Source: the human T2T-CHM13v2.0 reference genome, Homo sapiens
DNA length: 64,000 nt
Assembly: GCF_009914755.1 (NCBI RefSeq)
Contig: NC_060929.1
Reading direction: 5' to 3' (one strand)
A program made the translations under genes and the position numbers. Positions within the stretch are counted from its first letter, which is position 1; each line of letters starts with the position of its first letter. The notes beneath the pieces are model-generated. The model made no database searches. It was not told the origin of the DNA and saw nothing but the letters and a program-made list of their open reading frames with translations. Below are positions 15,525 to 30,619 of this stretch, one piece after another.

Positions 15525-18390
15525 ATGCAATCTCATTTACAATAGCCCCCTGCCCACAAAAAAATACCTAGGAATACATCTAACCAAGGAAGTGAAAAAT
15601 TGCTACAAGGAGAACTACAAAACACTGCTGAAAAAAATCATAGAAGACATAAACAAATGGAAAATCATCCCTTGCTCATGGAATGAAAGGATCAATATCA
15701 TTAAAATAGTCATACTGCTGAAAGCAATCTACAGATTCACTGCAATTTCTATCAAATTATCAACATCACTTTTCATAGAATTAGAAAAAGCAATCCTAAA
15801 ATTAATATGGTATCAAAAAACAGCCTCAATAGACAAAGCGGTCCTAAGCAAAAATAGCAAAGCTGGAGGCATCACATTACAGACTTATAACTATACTACA
15901 ATGTCATAGTAACCAAAACAGCATGGGACCAGTACAACAATAGTCACATAGATCAATGGAACATAAACAAAGCCACACACCTACAACCAACGGATCTTTG
16001 ACAAAATCTACAAAAATAAACAATAGGGAAAGGACATAGTGTTCAATAAACGATACTGGGAAAACTGGATAGCCATAAGCAGTGAAATAAACTGGGCACG
16101 TATCTCCTAACATAAACCAAAATTAACTCAAGATGGAATAAAGTCCTCAAACTATAAAAACTCTAGAATAAAACCTAGGAAAGACTCTTCTGGACATTGG
16201 CATAGGCAAATAATTTGTAACTAAAACCTCAAAGGCAAATGCAACAACAAAAAATTTGACAAACAGGACTTAATTAAAGCAAAGAGCTTCTGCATAACAA
16301 GAGAAACAGTGCAAACTGGCAACCTACAGAATGGAAGAAATATTTGATAACTATGCATCCAACAAAGAACCCATGCCTAGAATCTAGAAGGAACTAAAAC
16401 AAAACAACAACAAAAAATTGTATTAAAAACTGGGCAAAGGACACGAACACGTCTCAAAAGAAGACGTACACACCAACAAACTTATTAAAAAATGCTCAAC
16501 ATCACTAACCATCAGAGAAATTCAAATTAAAGCCACAATGAGATACCATCTCACATCAGTCAAATTGGCTATTATTCTTTTTTTAAAATTATACTTTAAG
16601 TTCTAGGGTACATGTGCACAACATGCAGGTTTGTCACATATGTATACATGTGCATGTTGGTTTGCTGCACCCATTAACTTGTCATTTACATTAGGTATTT
16701 CTCCTAATGCTATCCCTCCCCAATCCCCGCACCCCACGACAGGCCCCGGTGTGTGATGCTCCCGCCCTGCGTCCAAGTGTTCTCATTGTTCAATTCCCAC
16801 CTTTGAGTAAGAACGCGCAGCGTTTGGTTTTCTGTCCTTGGGATAGTTTGCTCAGAATGATGGTTTCCAGCTTCATCCATGTCCCTACAAAGGACATGAA
16901 CTCATCCTTTTTTATGGCTGCATAGTATTCCGTGGTGTATATGTGCCACATTTTCTTAATCCAGTCTATCATTGATGGACATTTGGGTTGGTTCCAAGTC
17001 TTCACTATTGTGAATAGTGCCGCAATAAACATACATGTTCATGTGTCTTTATAGTAGCATGATTTGTAATCATTTGGGTATATACCCAGTAATGGGATGG
17101 CTGGGTCAAATGGTATTTCTAGCTGTAGATCCTTGAGGAATTACCACACTGTCTTCCACAATGGTTGAACTAGTTTACACTCCCACCAACAGTGTAAAAG
17201 CATTCCTATTTCTCCACAGCCTCTCCAGCACCTGTTGTTTCCTGACTTTTTAATGATAGCCCTTCCAACTGGTGTGGGATATTATCTCATTGTGGTTTTG
17301 ATTTGCATTTCTCTGACGACCAGTGATGATGAGCATTTTTTCATGTGTCTGTTGGCTGCATAAATGTCTTCTTTTGAAAAGTGTCTGTTGATATCCTTTG
17401 CCCACTTTTTGTTGGGATTGTTTGATTTTTTCTTGTAAATTTGTTTAAGTTCTTTGTAGGTTCTGGATATTAGCCCTTTGTCAGATGGGTAGAGTGCAAA
17501 AATTTTCTCCCATTCTGTAGGTTGCCTGTTCACTCTGATAGTAGTTTCTTTTGCTGTGCAGAAGCTCTTTAGTTTAATTAGATTCCATTTGTCTATTTTG
17601 GCTTTTGTTGCCATTGCTTTTGGTGTTTTAGTCATGAAGTCCTTGCCCATGCCTGTAACCTGAATGGTATTGCCTAGGTTTTCTTCTCGGGTTTTTATGG
17701 TTTTAGGTCTAACATTTAAGTGTTGAATCCATCTTGAATTAATTTTTATATAAGGTGTAAGGAAGGGATCCAAATTGGCTATTATTAAAATTTCAAAAAA
17801 CAACATATGTTGGCAAGGATTTTGAGAAAAGGGAACACTTATGTACTGTTACTGGAGATGGAAATTAGTTCAGCTCCTGTGGAAAGCAGTTTGGAAATTT
17901 CTTAATGAACTGAAAACAGAATTACCATTTGACTCAGCAATCTGATTACTGGGAAAATAAAACATTCTACCAAAAAGACAACTGCACTTTTATGTTTATC
18001 GTAGCACTATTCACAATAGTAAGTCTTGGAATCACCCCAGGTGCTCATAAAAAATAATGGTATCACTTCGTTTACAACAATATGAATGCAGTTGGGGGTC
18101 CTTATCTTAAGTGAATTAACACAGAAACTGAAAATCAAATACTGCCTGCTCTCACTTAAAAGCGGGACCTAAACAATGGCTATACAGGAACATAAACAGG
18201 GAAACAATAGACACTGGGCTTCCCAAAATTGAGGAGGAAGGAAAAGGGTTGAAAAACTTCCTATTATTATGTTCACTCTCTCACTCTTTGGGTGATGGAT
18301 TCAATAGTAGCCCAAACCCCAGCATTACACAATATATCCATGTAACCAACCTACTCTAGTAAATCCAAATGTAAAAAATAAATAAATAAA
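15525..18390 (+). mobile_element. 5'-truncated L1PA15/16-like element nested in L1M, split by an antisense L1PA
   Basis: ORF2 restarts at an earlier position ([18 protein letters not shown]); continues at 17787; 3' UTR GGGTTGAAAAACT..CCCAAACCCCAGCATTACACAATAT and A tail at ~18372-18390. Confidence 0.85.
16577..17770 (-). mobile_element. 5'-truncated L1PA (L1PA6-like), antisense, nested
   Basis: Minus-strand ORF2 C-terminal peptides; perfect 16-bp TSD CAAATTGGCTATTATT at 16561-16576 and 17771-17786. Confidence 0.96.
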
Positions 18391-18864
18391 TGCCAATTAC
18401 CTAACTACTTGATTGAAAAATGAACAAAATATATGAAGTTTTTTAAGACATAGAAATGGCCAACAGGTATGTGAAAAGGTGGTCAACATCACTAATCATG
18501 AGTGAAATACAAATCAAAACCATAATGAGATATCGTTTCATACCTGTGAGAATGGCTATCATCAAAACAACAACAGCAATAGCAACCACAGCAAAAACAA
18601 ATGTTGCTGAGGGTCTAGAGAAATTGGAACCCTTGTGCACTCTTGGTGATAATGCAAAATGGTGTAGCCACAATGGAAAACAGCATAGAGGTTTCTCAAA
18701 AAATTAAAAATGTAATTACTATATAACCCAGAATCACACTTCTGAGTATTTACCAAAAAAAATTGAGATTGGTATATCCAAAAGATACTAACATGTTAAT
18801 TGCAGCAGTATGCATAGCAGCCAAGATGTGGTAACAACCTAAATGCCCATAAACAGATGAATGA

Positions 18865-19571
<707 letters not shown>

Positions 19572-21659
19572 AAAAGATGAAAATCTTACAACCTGCAACA
19601 ATGTGGAAGAATCATGAGAACATTATGCTTATTGAAATAAGCCAGTCACAGAAGGACAAATGCTACACTATTCCATTTATATGTTATATTAAAAATAGCC
19701 AAACTCATAAGAACAAAACAGAATGGTGGTTGCCAGAAACTGGGGCAAGGAAAAAATAGGAGTTACTATTCAATGAGTATGATGTTTCAGTTATGCAAGA
19801 TAAGTACGTTCTAGAAAATGGCTGTACAACTTTGTGCCTATAGTTAATTCTATATGGTATATTTAGAAATTGTTCAGAGAGTAGATATCATGTTAAGTGT
19901 TCTTTCTACAATAAAAATGATTAAATTCTGCATATTATGTCAATATTTATGGAAAGGAAAAATGAACTTAATCTTATTGTAGTTAATAACTTGTATTTAA
20001 ATTACAAGGTCATCATAGAAAGTAAATTCACAAGTACATAAATTTGAGTTTGTAATTAAATTTGCAGAAAAACAGATCAGTCTGTTCTATTAATAGAGAA
20101 ATGACTTTGTCAGATTATGAAGAATTAAGTAATTATATTTTATTTTAGAGAAGCCTATAATTCTAAGTTTTCAGAAATCAAATGAAAATGCATCATAATA
20201 AGAATGTGCTTACAGAAAAAAGTAAGTTTAAGGGAAAGCATATAGAATTAATAGGTTTCTATATTCAGAAAGGTGATACCACTTATGGAAATCAGTCTGA
20301 GAATGAAAGAGAGATTAGCATTTCATTTAAGTGGTATAAATAAAAAGGAAATACATGAAATAGTCACAGACTTTGGTAATATTTTTAGTTATTAAATTAT
20401 GCGCAAAAGGCTGACTCAGTGGAAATATGGACCACAAAATGCATAGATAATAGTAGATCTCATGGAACATAGAGTCTTGAATAAAAGACTAGTAATGAAA
20501 AAGTCTACACTCACTTAATTCTTGATATGAAGTGGTATGATAAGGTTCTTTACAGCATGAGAAAACTTAAAGATAATTTGGAGATATGCCCTGAGACATG
20601 AAAAAATAATTCCAGGATCAGTAAAAAGAGCCAGATTATTTAGCTTAGGGAAGGAGGGTAAAAAATAGATTGAATAAGATTTTTCAATAATGTGCCCATT
20701 ATAGTATATAGTAAAAAGTTATTCCTAGGAAAAAGCACTATAGTAGAGAAAAATAATATTCAACTTCATATATCAGCTTCCAGCTCACACATTAAATGAG
20801 TTTCCTCATAAGTGTATGGATAACAACCATTTGATTTCCAATATGCAAGGTCTAAATTTATAGTTAAGTGGCTAGCCTGAAAATAGAAATATGTATTAAT
20901 GAATCATTTTTGTTAGATATTTTTTCTTTCATGCTATGTAATTTGCTGATAGTTTGTAAGCCATGATGTATATTTAATAACGTAGCTGTTCTGTTGCCCG
21001 AAAGTATGTATTATAAATATAACAGGACTGCTATAGACACAATTTTTCTTGGCAACAATGGTAATATTGTTTCCTAGATATTTATTTCCCTGGAATTCTT
21101 CATCAATTCCTTTTTGCTTATTACTAATAGCAAATCTTCAGAATAAAATAAGTTTATTTCAGCAAAGATAGAAAAAGTATATGACTCTTAGAACTAATAT
21201 ATATTTATGCTTTTAGCACAATTCTATGATTTCCAATGGTCTGTTTCCAGAATTATAAAACTAGCATTAGAAGGTATTGGGGAAGTAAATAAATATGGTG
21301 AAACCCCATTTTGGTGTTCAAGTGTATGTAGTAATCAGAGGAAGGGATTCCTTTATAAAACAAACTCTACGACATGTCATTTATTTGGTCCTATGAAAAA
21401 ACTCTGGCTGAAAAAATTGAAGACAGTTAGAGAAGACAGCTAAGCACTGCTTCCTTTACTCTTCCAAAATCACATAAAATATGGTGCACTGTATCATCAG
21501 TCATATATTCCTGCAGATGAGAAAGAATGGAGTATGCTGATCCTACTCATACCCTTATCAAAGGATACACTAGGAATCTCTAAATTAGAGACAGGTACAA
21601 AAGTTTCCATTCTCCCAAATAGTTATAACATCATAGTAATTAGACTTTTCTGTAGTTCC

Positions 21660-21815
21660 GAGGACATACCAGGCTCCCTTCTAACCTAAGCACTTTTCAC
21701 GTATGAAAATTAATATAGTTTACACAATCCTATGAGGAGGATTATAGTTTTAGATTCACACTACAGAAATGAGGAACGGGGAAGTTGAACATTTTCCACA
21801 GATAAAGAGACTAGT
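21660..21815 (-). mobile_element. MIR relic
   Basis: ACAATCCTATGAGG..ATTAT..ACAGAAATGAGGAAC reverse MIR core. Confidence 0.55.
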
Positions 21816-21819
21816 GCCT

Positions 21820-22142
21820 TTTATTTTTTGTTTTTTATTTTTATTTTTTGTTGAGACAGACTCTTGCTGTTGTCGGCCGGGGCTGGAGTGCAGTGGCGCA
21901 ATCTTGGCTCACCGCAACCTCCGCCGCTGGGGTTCCAGGAATTCTCCTGCCTCAGCCTCCCGAGTAGCAGGGATTACAGGTGTCTGCCACCACTGCTGGC
22001 TAATTTTTTTTTTTTTTTTTTTTTTTTTGTATTTTCAGTAGAGACGGGGTTTCCTCATGTTGGACAAGCTGGTCTCCAACTCCTGACTTCAGGTGATCCG
22101 CCCACCTCGGCCTCCCAAAGGCATGAGCCACCACGCCCGGCC
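21820..22142 (-). mobile_element. Alu (AluS-type) with expanded middle A-tract
   Basis: Dimeric Alu on the minus strand; TSD AGACTAGTG(C/T)CTTTT on both flanks. Confidence 0.94.
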
Positions 22143-22756
22143 AAGACTAGTGTCTTTTTAACTTCGTCCCTGGTTTACATTGCCTCTTTGCATACAACTC
22201 CTCCAGGGGAGAGTCGGTTAAACACATGCGCATGTACACACACTGTAACCCTGCATACCTTCCTAGAGTGACATTTGCTACTAAATACCCTGTAATGAAG
22301 TCTTCATTTTTATGTAGGAATTCTAAGTCAAACATATAGGTGGGTTTTTCAATTTTATTCTTTTTGTTTAGCCCTTAAAAACCCAATGGATATATTTAAA
22401 ACAAATGAAGATTTCAATAATTTTTTTGTACAATTAATAATGATTAATTGTAAGACAACTTAAGTTTAACTGTGTGCGTATAAAAAGGGGTATTTGTAAA
22501 TATGCATATGAATATAGATGTGTGTATATGCAATGGGCTGAATGTTTGTGTCACCCCAAAATCATACGTTGAAATCCTCACGTCCTAATGTGATAGTGTT
22601 AGGAGGTGGGGCCTTTGGGAGATGAATTGATCCTGAGGGTTGAGCCCTCATGAATGGGATTAATGCTTTTATACAACAGACACCAAACATTCTCTCTCCA
22701 TATTTTCACTATGCGAGGACAGAGCAAGAGGTTGGTACTGCGCAAACTAGATGAGG

Positions 22757-23098
22757 GATATGGTTTGGCCGTGTCCCCATCCAAATTTCAACTTGAAATT
22801 GTATCTCCTAGAATTCTCACGTGTTGTGGGTGGGACCCATGCGGAGGTAATTGAATCAAGGGGACTTTCCGGTGCTATTCTCTTGATAGTTAGTAAGTCT
22901 CACGAGATCTGATGAGCTTATCAGGGGTTTCCGCTTTTGCTTCTCAATTTTTTTCTCTTGCCTCGGCCAGGAGAGAAGTGATTTTTGTCTGCTGCTATGA
23001 TTCTGAGGCTGCCCAGGCCTCTGTAAGTCCAATTAAACCTCTTTTTCTACCGAGTCTTGAGTATGTATTTATTAGCAGCGTGAACACGGACTAATACA
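22757..23098 (+). mobile_element. THE1A-like MaLR solo LTR
   Basis: GATATGGTTTGGCCGTGTCCCC..TATCAGGGGTTTCCGCTTTTGCTTC..CAATTAAACCTCTTTT..GGACTAATACA. Confidence 0.9.
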
Positions 23099-23223
23099 CA
23101 CCCTTCACCAGAACCCAACCATGCTGGCTCCACGGGTTCTCTGATCTCAGACTTCCAGCCTCCAGAACTGTGAGAAATAAATTTCCGTTGTTTCTAAGCC
23201 AACCACCCAGGGTATGGGACTCT

Positions 23224-23224
<1 letters not shown>

Positions 23225-23260
<36 letters not shown>

Positions 23261-23543
23261 AGATGGAGTCTCGCTCTGTCGCCCAGGCTGGAGTGCAGTG
23301 GCAAGATCTCGGCTCACTGCAAGCTCTGCCTCCCGGGTTCACGCTATTCTCCTGCCTCAGCTCCCCTTCAGTAGCTGGGACTACAGGCGCCCGCCACGAC
23401 GCCCAGCTAATTTTTTGTATTTTTGGTAGAGACGGGGTTTCACCCTGTTAGCCAGGATGGTCTCGATCTCCTGACCTCATGATCCTCCCGCCTCGGCCTC
23501 CCAAAGTTCTGGGATTACAGGCGTGAGCCGCCGCGCCTGTCCC
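23225..23543 (-). mobile_element. AluY
   Basis: CACTGCAAGCTC, GGGTTCACGC and TTAGCCAGGATGGTCTCGATCTCCTGAC; long T tail; TSD TGGGACTCT. Confidence 0.94.
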
Positions 23544-25569
23544 TGGGACTCTTTTGGCACTTCAAGCTAACTAGAATATATACATATATATCTTGTAAAT
23601 ATAAATGGGTAGACAAGGTCTATCCACTTTCATGATTTATGTTTTATATTCCTTTACTTATATATTAATTGTTCAGAAAAAACGACAGATTTCCTTTCTT
23701 TCTGAAAAACAATCTCATTAAATAATAACTTTTCTGGTAATATATTTTCGATTTATCCAACAGGAACTGTATTTTTTCCATTCATTTGGTTCTTGTGAAT
23801 TTTTAGTACTCTTAGAGTAATGCTGAACATTCACCACCACAGCAGATTATGTGAGCCTGGAGACTCTGCTGCCAATGGCTGCATTTTGTTGAATTAACAC
23901 CAGAACAGTGGTAAGACGCGATACAATCAGTGAATGTCATGTGGCTACTTTGAAGATGTTTTTAAAACAGCCTTGTTAATACGCCAAACTCGCTGATGCT
24001 CTCTGCACGAAACGTGGTTCACAGTATCTCAGAAGCTTCTTTACAAACTTTGGGCACTTGCTCTTTGTAAAGGTTAAATCCATCCACTAGAAATGATAAG
24101 AGTTAAGGACTTATTCTTTATAGAATACCAACAATGAAATAAAAACAAAGCAATATACCAACAAGTGGAAAAATCGATGTATTCCAACGTTATATTCTTT
24201 TATATATTTAATAGATTTTAACGTTATAAAAAGAAGACGACTTAAGCTTTTGCTTATTCCCTCAGGACCATTTTATTGTGAAAAATAAAGCATTTACTGA
24301 TAAATACTTGTGAAATAAAATGACTCTAAGTTACAACAGTTCCCCAGTAAACATATATTACTTGCCTGGCAGTAATAAAGTTTCAAAAGACATAAATAAG
24401 GTCTTTTGTATTTTGCCCTAGTCCTAACCATAAACTAAAACCAAAATTACTTTAAATCTCTTTGTATATGTCATTTAAAGAGTCTACAAGAAACTATTGA
24501 ATCTTTTCATTCCCTGTAAAAATCTTAAACTATTTTATTGCCTCTTTCGAATGCAGTTATCTATTAATTCAGAACTATAATAACTTTTATGGCATTTTGC
24601 CTGAAAGTAGTAAGTCAGCAAAAAAATCTTCTTTCACTATATAGTCATTGATTTTGCATAGTTACTGCTTTTTCACGAAAACTGAAATTTTTAACATTAG
24701 ATCTTTATCCTAAAATTAAATACTTTCCTAAAAATTCCTGTTTGTTTTTTCCTGCTTTAATAAGGCTTGATTGTTCCTTCTTTTAAGGTGAGCTTGCCAG
24801 CAAGTAACAGTATGATCTTTAAATCCTTTTTGATTTTTTCCCTATTTATCACAAAACCTGAAGTTTGCCTTGTTTAATGCTGTCACCAAGAACTCAGGCA
24901 TTTGATTCACTTGTTGTCATCTGACTGACACAGGATCCCCTCTGTAGCTTTGTGCACCATCAGCATATTCAGGAGCAGGGAGCAGGGATGAGGAGCAGCT
25001 TAAAAGCTCTTGCACTTCCGCTATCAGAGAAGGAATAGCTTTCCCAGAAACCCCCAACAGGTTCCTCCTTGGCTAGCAGAGAACACGTATCCACTTTTAA
25101 CCTTGATGACGATTGAGAAAACAATCACTTGGTTTTTTTTTTTATGCTCTTTCAGATGGAGGGAAGCCTGAGAAAAGGGAATGAGATGTAACTGTTGGGT
25201 GTCAATCAAGAGTGTCAACAACAGTAAGATCATTCCTACCAGACTTGGCCCTTTTACGAGTAAGTGCTGAAATGAATATGAAATACAGAACATTCCTAGA
25301 TATAAGATAAAGTTCTATTTTGAAATTTTTATATTAAGAATGATCAGTTCCTTTTTAAATTAAATATTTCAAATGGAATAAAAATGATTTGTGTCACTAA
25401 AACTTAAAAACTGCAGAGTCATGGGTTAGCATGAAGGATTTCACAGGTAAGTATCTTTATTAAAAAAGTAAAACTTGAATGTGTTTCATTAAATCAAATT
25501 AAAGTTCAAGTACTGGAACAAAGTAAAATAATGAAATAGGCTGAATACAACAAAACAGTATAAATACAT

Positions 25570-25630
25570 AAATTATATATGTATATATCAATCATATATA
25601 TATATATACACATGTATACACACATACATG
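25570..25630. repeat. (TA)n/(CA)n low-complexity repeat
   Basis: Direct inspection. Confidence 0.8.
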
Positions 25631-27429
25631 TAAAAATTCACCAAACACAGACATTAGTACACATTGTACTAATATTATTTGAGGACTTTGGCTTTATACC
25701 TATACTCATCATTTAAAAACCTGTTTCATCCATTTCTATAACCAAATATTATCTGGCTCTTTTTCGTGGACAAGTTAATTAGGGAGGCATTTTTATAGTA
25801 ATGACACATCAGACTAATAGTTTTCCTGTAATTCATATTCTAACTTCAAATGTGTATGGTATGAAAATTCTAGGAAGAAACAGAATTAACTACTTTGTGG
25901 GACAAAAAAATTTTGTTTTTCCAAATGTATCTACATATTTTAGTTATAGTCAAACTTGATGAAAAAATAGCCTTTTAACTTTTTTGTAACATAATCAGGA
26001 AGAGAAAGGAACATGGGTTATCATGTCTAAATATTTAAGGCTCACAGATCCCTTAATTTCTAAGGAATTAAAAATACATGTGATCATATTTTGTATTATA
26101 TGTGATAAGATACTTATTTTAAATAAAGTACACTTTCAAAATGTTTTTAAACATGATTTTAAATAGCTCAGTTTATGGATGACTTAATAATATTAATCTT
26201 TATAGCCAGGTGTAGTTCTATACCTACTTATGTGACACATTATTATATTAAATTAATAATGTAAGATAAATGTGTTGTTTTCTGTGAATGGATTTTTATA
26301 TTACATATAAATTTTAGTTTTGCAACCAAATTTATTTGAAAATTTAACTGAAGCCAGTTTTTACATAACAATAAAAATATTGTTTCTTATTCTTTGCACT
26401 CTCCCCAACACAAATTCAAAAATCAAAACTTATGCTAAAGTTTAATGATAATATGTGGCATTCATAACCTTAATCACAATATATAATTTCTGAAAGTAGG
26501 TGAAAAACTAAAAAGCAACTTCCCAGAATGGACAAAAGGTAACTTTAAGTGTTTATAGAGAGAAATATTAACCATATCTACCAATTCACACCACGGAGCA
26601 CTTATAAAGCTCATAATCAAGTTCAATTTATAGCAGAAGTCAGAAGGTTGGTTGGGAAGGTTGGTTTATGCCAGATTAAAAGAAGGAGATGATTTCAAAG
26701 TTACTACATGGCACAGGTAGACCCTCAAATCTTCACCAGTATCCCTACTCTTCCCTCCTCCCCTCTCTGGAGAGAAAGATTTTTTTCTCCAGAGGAGTTG
26801 AAGGAGAGAAAATGATTTGGTGGAAACACTAAGCACAGATAAAGCAAGTGGTGATATTCCAAATGAAAAACGGAGAGAATGAATGGACGTCTGTGCACTG
26901 CGCGCTGGAACCTTTGGTCTCCTTCTCCAGTTCAGCTCTGGCAATCCAGCAAGCAGGCATGCGCCCACTAGGCAGGAGATTGAATGAGCCTTTAACAGAA
27001 AAGCTCAATGCCTTTTAGGAAAGACAACAGATTCTGATAATGGGATTTTCAACCCTAAGCATAGCTTGCCACGTCATCACTCTGCTATCTCATCAATTTC
27101 TTTTCCTTCCTTACTGCTGGGCATATCCATATACCCATGTACACATACACGAAATTGGAGCATATAATAAGGATTTTAAGAAATGTTTGTTCAATTGAAA
27201 TACACAGCAAATATTGTCAGAGAGTTGTGGAAAAACTGTGTCATGAAAGTCAATAACCAAAATAAAGAAACGCAAAATGCAATACAGAAGAATTAGCAAC
27301 AATACTGCAAGTAGAAAAAAGATGCAAAGGAAATATAAGTGCTACACGCAAAGAGATGTGAAAAGATATAACATTCATAAAATAAGAAAAGTAAACTGTA
27401 ACAACGGTAGAATCAAAAATTTTCCTAGA

Positions 27430-27802
<373 letters not shown>

Positions 27803-28226
27803 TCAAAAAGTATAAATAAAATATACAATTACAGCAGAAAAAAATGAGACGATCAACCCAGAAGGACTACACAAAGAATCTAATAATAAGAGTTCTACTA
27901 AAAGAAAAAAGTAATAATTCTTAATAAGGAATTTTTATTCAGGATTGAAGACAAGTATCCTCTGCTAAGACAAATTACTCTGAAATTTCAGAACTCTATG
28001 GATAAAAAAGAAGTTTCTGTGAAAAAAATCTGAGGGAAAATATTGTTTTCATCGAGAGGATCTGAAACACACAGGCCGTATGTTTTTTCCAACAGCACCA
28101 TCATATTATCATACAAATGTGAAGGAAAGAACAAGGATGTTTCAGAGCTACAGAGTTTCAGATTATCTTTTTTTTTGTTTCCAAGAACAATATTATAAAT
28201 TCTGTTTCATCAAAATGAGGAAGTGA

Positions 28227-28527
28227 GGCCTGGTGCGGTGGCTGACACCTGTAATCCCAGCACTTTGGGAGGCCAAGGCAGGCAGATCATTTAAGGTCAG
28301 GAGTTCGAGACCAGCCTGGCCAACACAGCAAAACCTGTCTCTACTAAATACAAAAATTAGCCAGGCGTGGTGGTGCATGCCTGTAATCCCAGCTATCCAG
28401 GAGGTTGAAGCAAGAATCTCTTGATCCTGGGAGATGGAGGTTGCAGTGAGCAGAGATACCACCACTACACTCCAGCCTGGGTAATAGAGCAAGACTCTGT
28501 CTAAAAAAAAAAAAAAAAAAAAAAAAA
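28227..28527 (+). mobile_element. Alu (AluS-type)
   Basis: Full dimer with polyA; TSD AGGAAGTGA. Confidence 0.95.
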
Positions 28528-28840
28528 GGAAGTGAACCAAGATGGAGGAAAACATGGTTTCAGACACTAGGAAAAACAAGAGAGAGGCAGAGGGAATTTT
28601 CAGTCAATCAGAATCCCAGAACCACAGAATGCAGTGAGCACATTCATCAGTCCCTCCTGGATAAGAGCAAACGTTGGCAGAGCACCAGAAGAGGTGTTCT
28701 CAGGACACACAAACATGAGGACTGGGTCAACCAGAAAATGACATATTTTGGTACCTGGAAAATTCTATTGATATTTCCCTTAGAAACTGTCCGGATAATA
28801 TGAAAGACTTAGTCTTAGAGTTAAAAAAAAATTAAAATAA

Positions 28841-29145
28841 GGCTGGGCACGGTGACTCACGCCTATAATCCCAGCACTTTGGGAGGCTGAGGCAGGCAGA
28901 TCACGAGGTCAGAAGTTTGAGTCCAGCCTGACCAACATGGTGAAAGTGTGTCTCTACTAAAGATACAAAAAATTAGCTGGGTGTGGTGGCGCATGCCTGT
29001 AATCCCAGCTACTCTACTCGGGAGGCGAGGCAGGAGAATTGCTTCAACATGGGAGGTGGAGGTTGCAGTAAGCCAAGATTGCGCGATTGCACTCCAGCCT
29101 AGGTGAGAGGGTGAGACTCTGTCTCAAAAAAATAAATAAAAATAA
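28841..29145 (+). mobile_element. Alu (AluS-type)
   Basis: Full dimer; TAAAATAA(GGC) repeated at both ends. Confidence 0.95.
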
Positions 29146-29849
29146 GGCAATATAAACTCTAGAAAAAAACAAAAAAAAGAAAGAAAAGAAAGATAAAATG
29201 TATACTACAGGTGTTAACAATAGAAAATATTTATATAGTCATGTAAATTAAAACTGGATACAGAGTGAATCAAAATTTGATGTGGAGAATATTATAACTG
29301 AAGGTACATGTATTAAGATAGTTCCATATAACACATAGGTTGATAATGTCTAAAATTGACAAATCTTAAATAGTAAAAATAATTGAAAATAGTTGCTTTT
29401 GGTGTGTAGCAATCTGGAGATTGGGCGCAGAGCTGATTTTTGCTATTCTTATTATAATTCCTCACTCTTAGCTGTGGAATATTACAAGATATAATATTAT
29501 ATTGATTTTAAACAATCTGTCATATTTAGCTTGAAATTCAGCCATACATATTAATATTTTGAATTCTGTAATCTTATACTTTAAAGAATTAATTGGTTTA
29601 TTTCTATCATTTTTATTGTTGTTGTTTTAACTGGCTTGATAAAACAGATGGTTGTAGGCTGCTATTTACATGCATTCTCTCCCAGATAACACATTTTCTT
29701 GTGAATAGACTCTATGCCAAATAGGTAAAAATCCAAATTGGATACAATTATAATATTTTATGCCGATTTTTTAAATCAATACCAATGTGCTAACAATAAT
29801 TTTCATCAAATATTAGGCAATATATCAGAGCTTTGTTTGCTCTGAACAC

Positions 29850-30065
29850 AGATTACATTATTCCTAATTCCATCTCCATCACTTATTGTGTGACCTTGGC
29901 CAAGTTACATGACAACTTTGTGGCTCAGTTCTCTCATATTGAATAGCAGGATATTAATAGACCAGAATAATATTTTTAATGGAAATTACATAAGATAATT
30001 CCTATTGATAACTTAAAACTGTATTTGGTGATATGCAATGCATGATAATTATTAGCCAAATTCTT
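29850..30065 (+). mobile_element. MIR relic
   Basis: TGTGTGACCTTGGCCAAGTTAC..GCTCAGTTCTCTCAT core. Confidence 0.7.
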
Positions 30066-30619
30066 ATTATTCTCAGGAAAAGACACTTTATGAGTGCAAT
30101 GAAAAACTACTAGAGGATTCTTGAGAAATTATTGCAGTTTTTACTCTTTTAACCGTATTTCTGTATTTTATCATCCCTTATTTATACCAGTCTTCTATTT
30201 ATGAGTAAATATGGATTAATATTATTTTTGTCAACAAAAACTTTTTAAAAGAAACAAAAAAAACTTTCTGGAGCTTTCCACTTTTTAATCCACTGTATTA
30301 TCAGATATTAATCACACACATACATATATGAATAAACTGTAAACATCAAAGTCACGCCAGTTTTAGGTCATCCTGAAGGGTAAATTAGCCCGTCAGAGTC
30401 CTAGGCACATTCATAGGAAATCTACCAACTGCTGTACATGATTGCTTCAACTCCCAGTAGGATCTCTGTCACTTCTAAAAAGCTTTATGGCATTATTATT
30501 GAAACTTTTTCAAATAAAACTAAATTAAATAACAATATAACTTTTAATGATATGCACCCCCTACCTTCTAATAGAAAGATAGGTTGCAAACAATTTGCAG
30601 GGCTGACAAGGGTATGGCT

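Larger units (their letters stand above)
22529..23578 (+). mobile_element. MLT1A-like MaLR solo LTR interrupted by THE1A and AluY
   Basis: TGCAATGGGCTGAATGTTTGTGTC..GGAGGTGGGGCCTTTGGGAG; resumes at ~23099 with CAGACTTCCAGCCTCCAGAACTGTGAGAAATAAATTTC. Confidence 0.85.
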
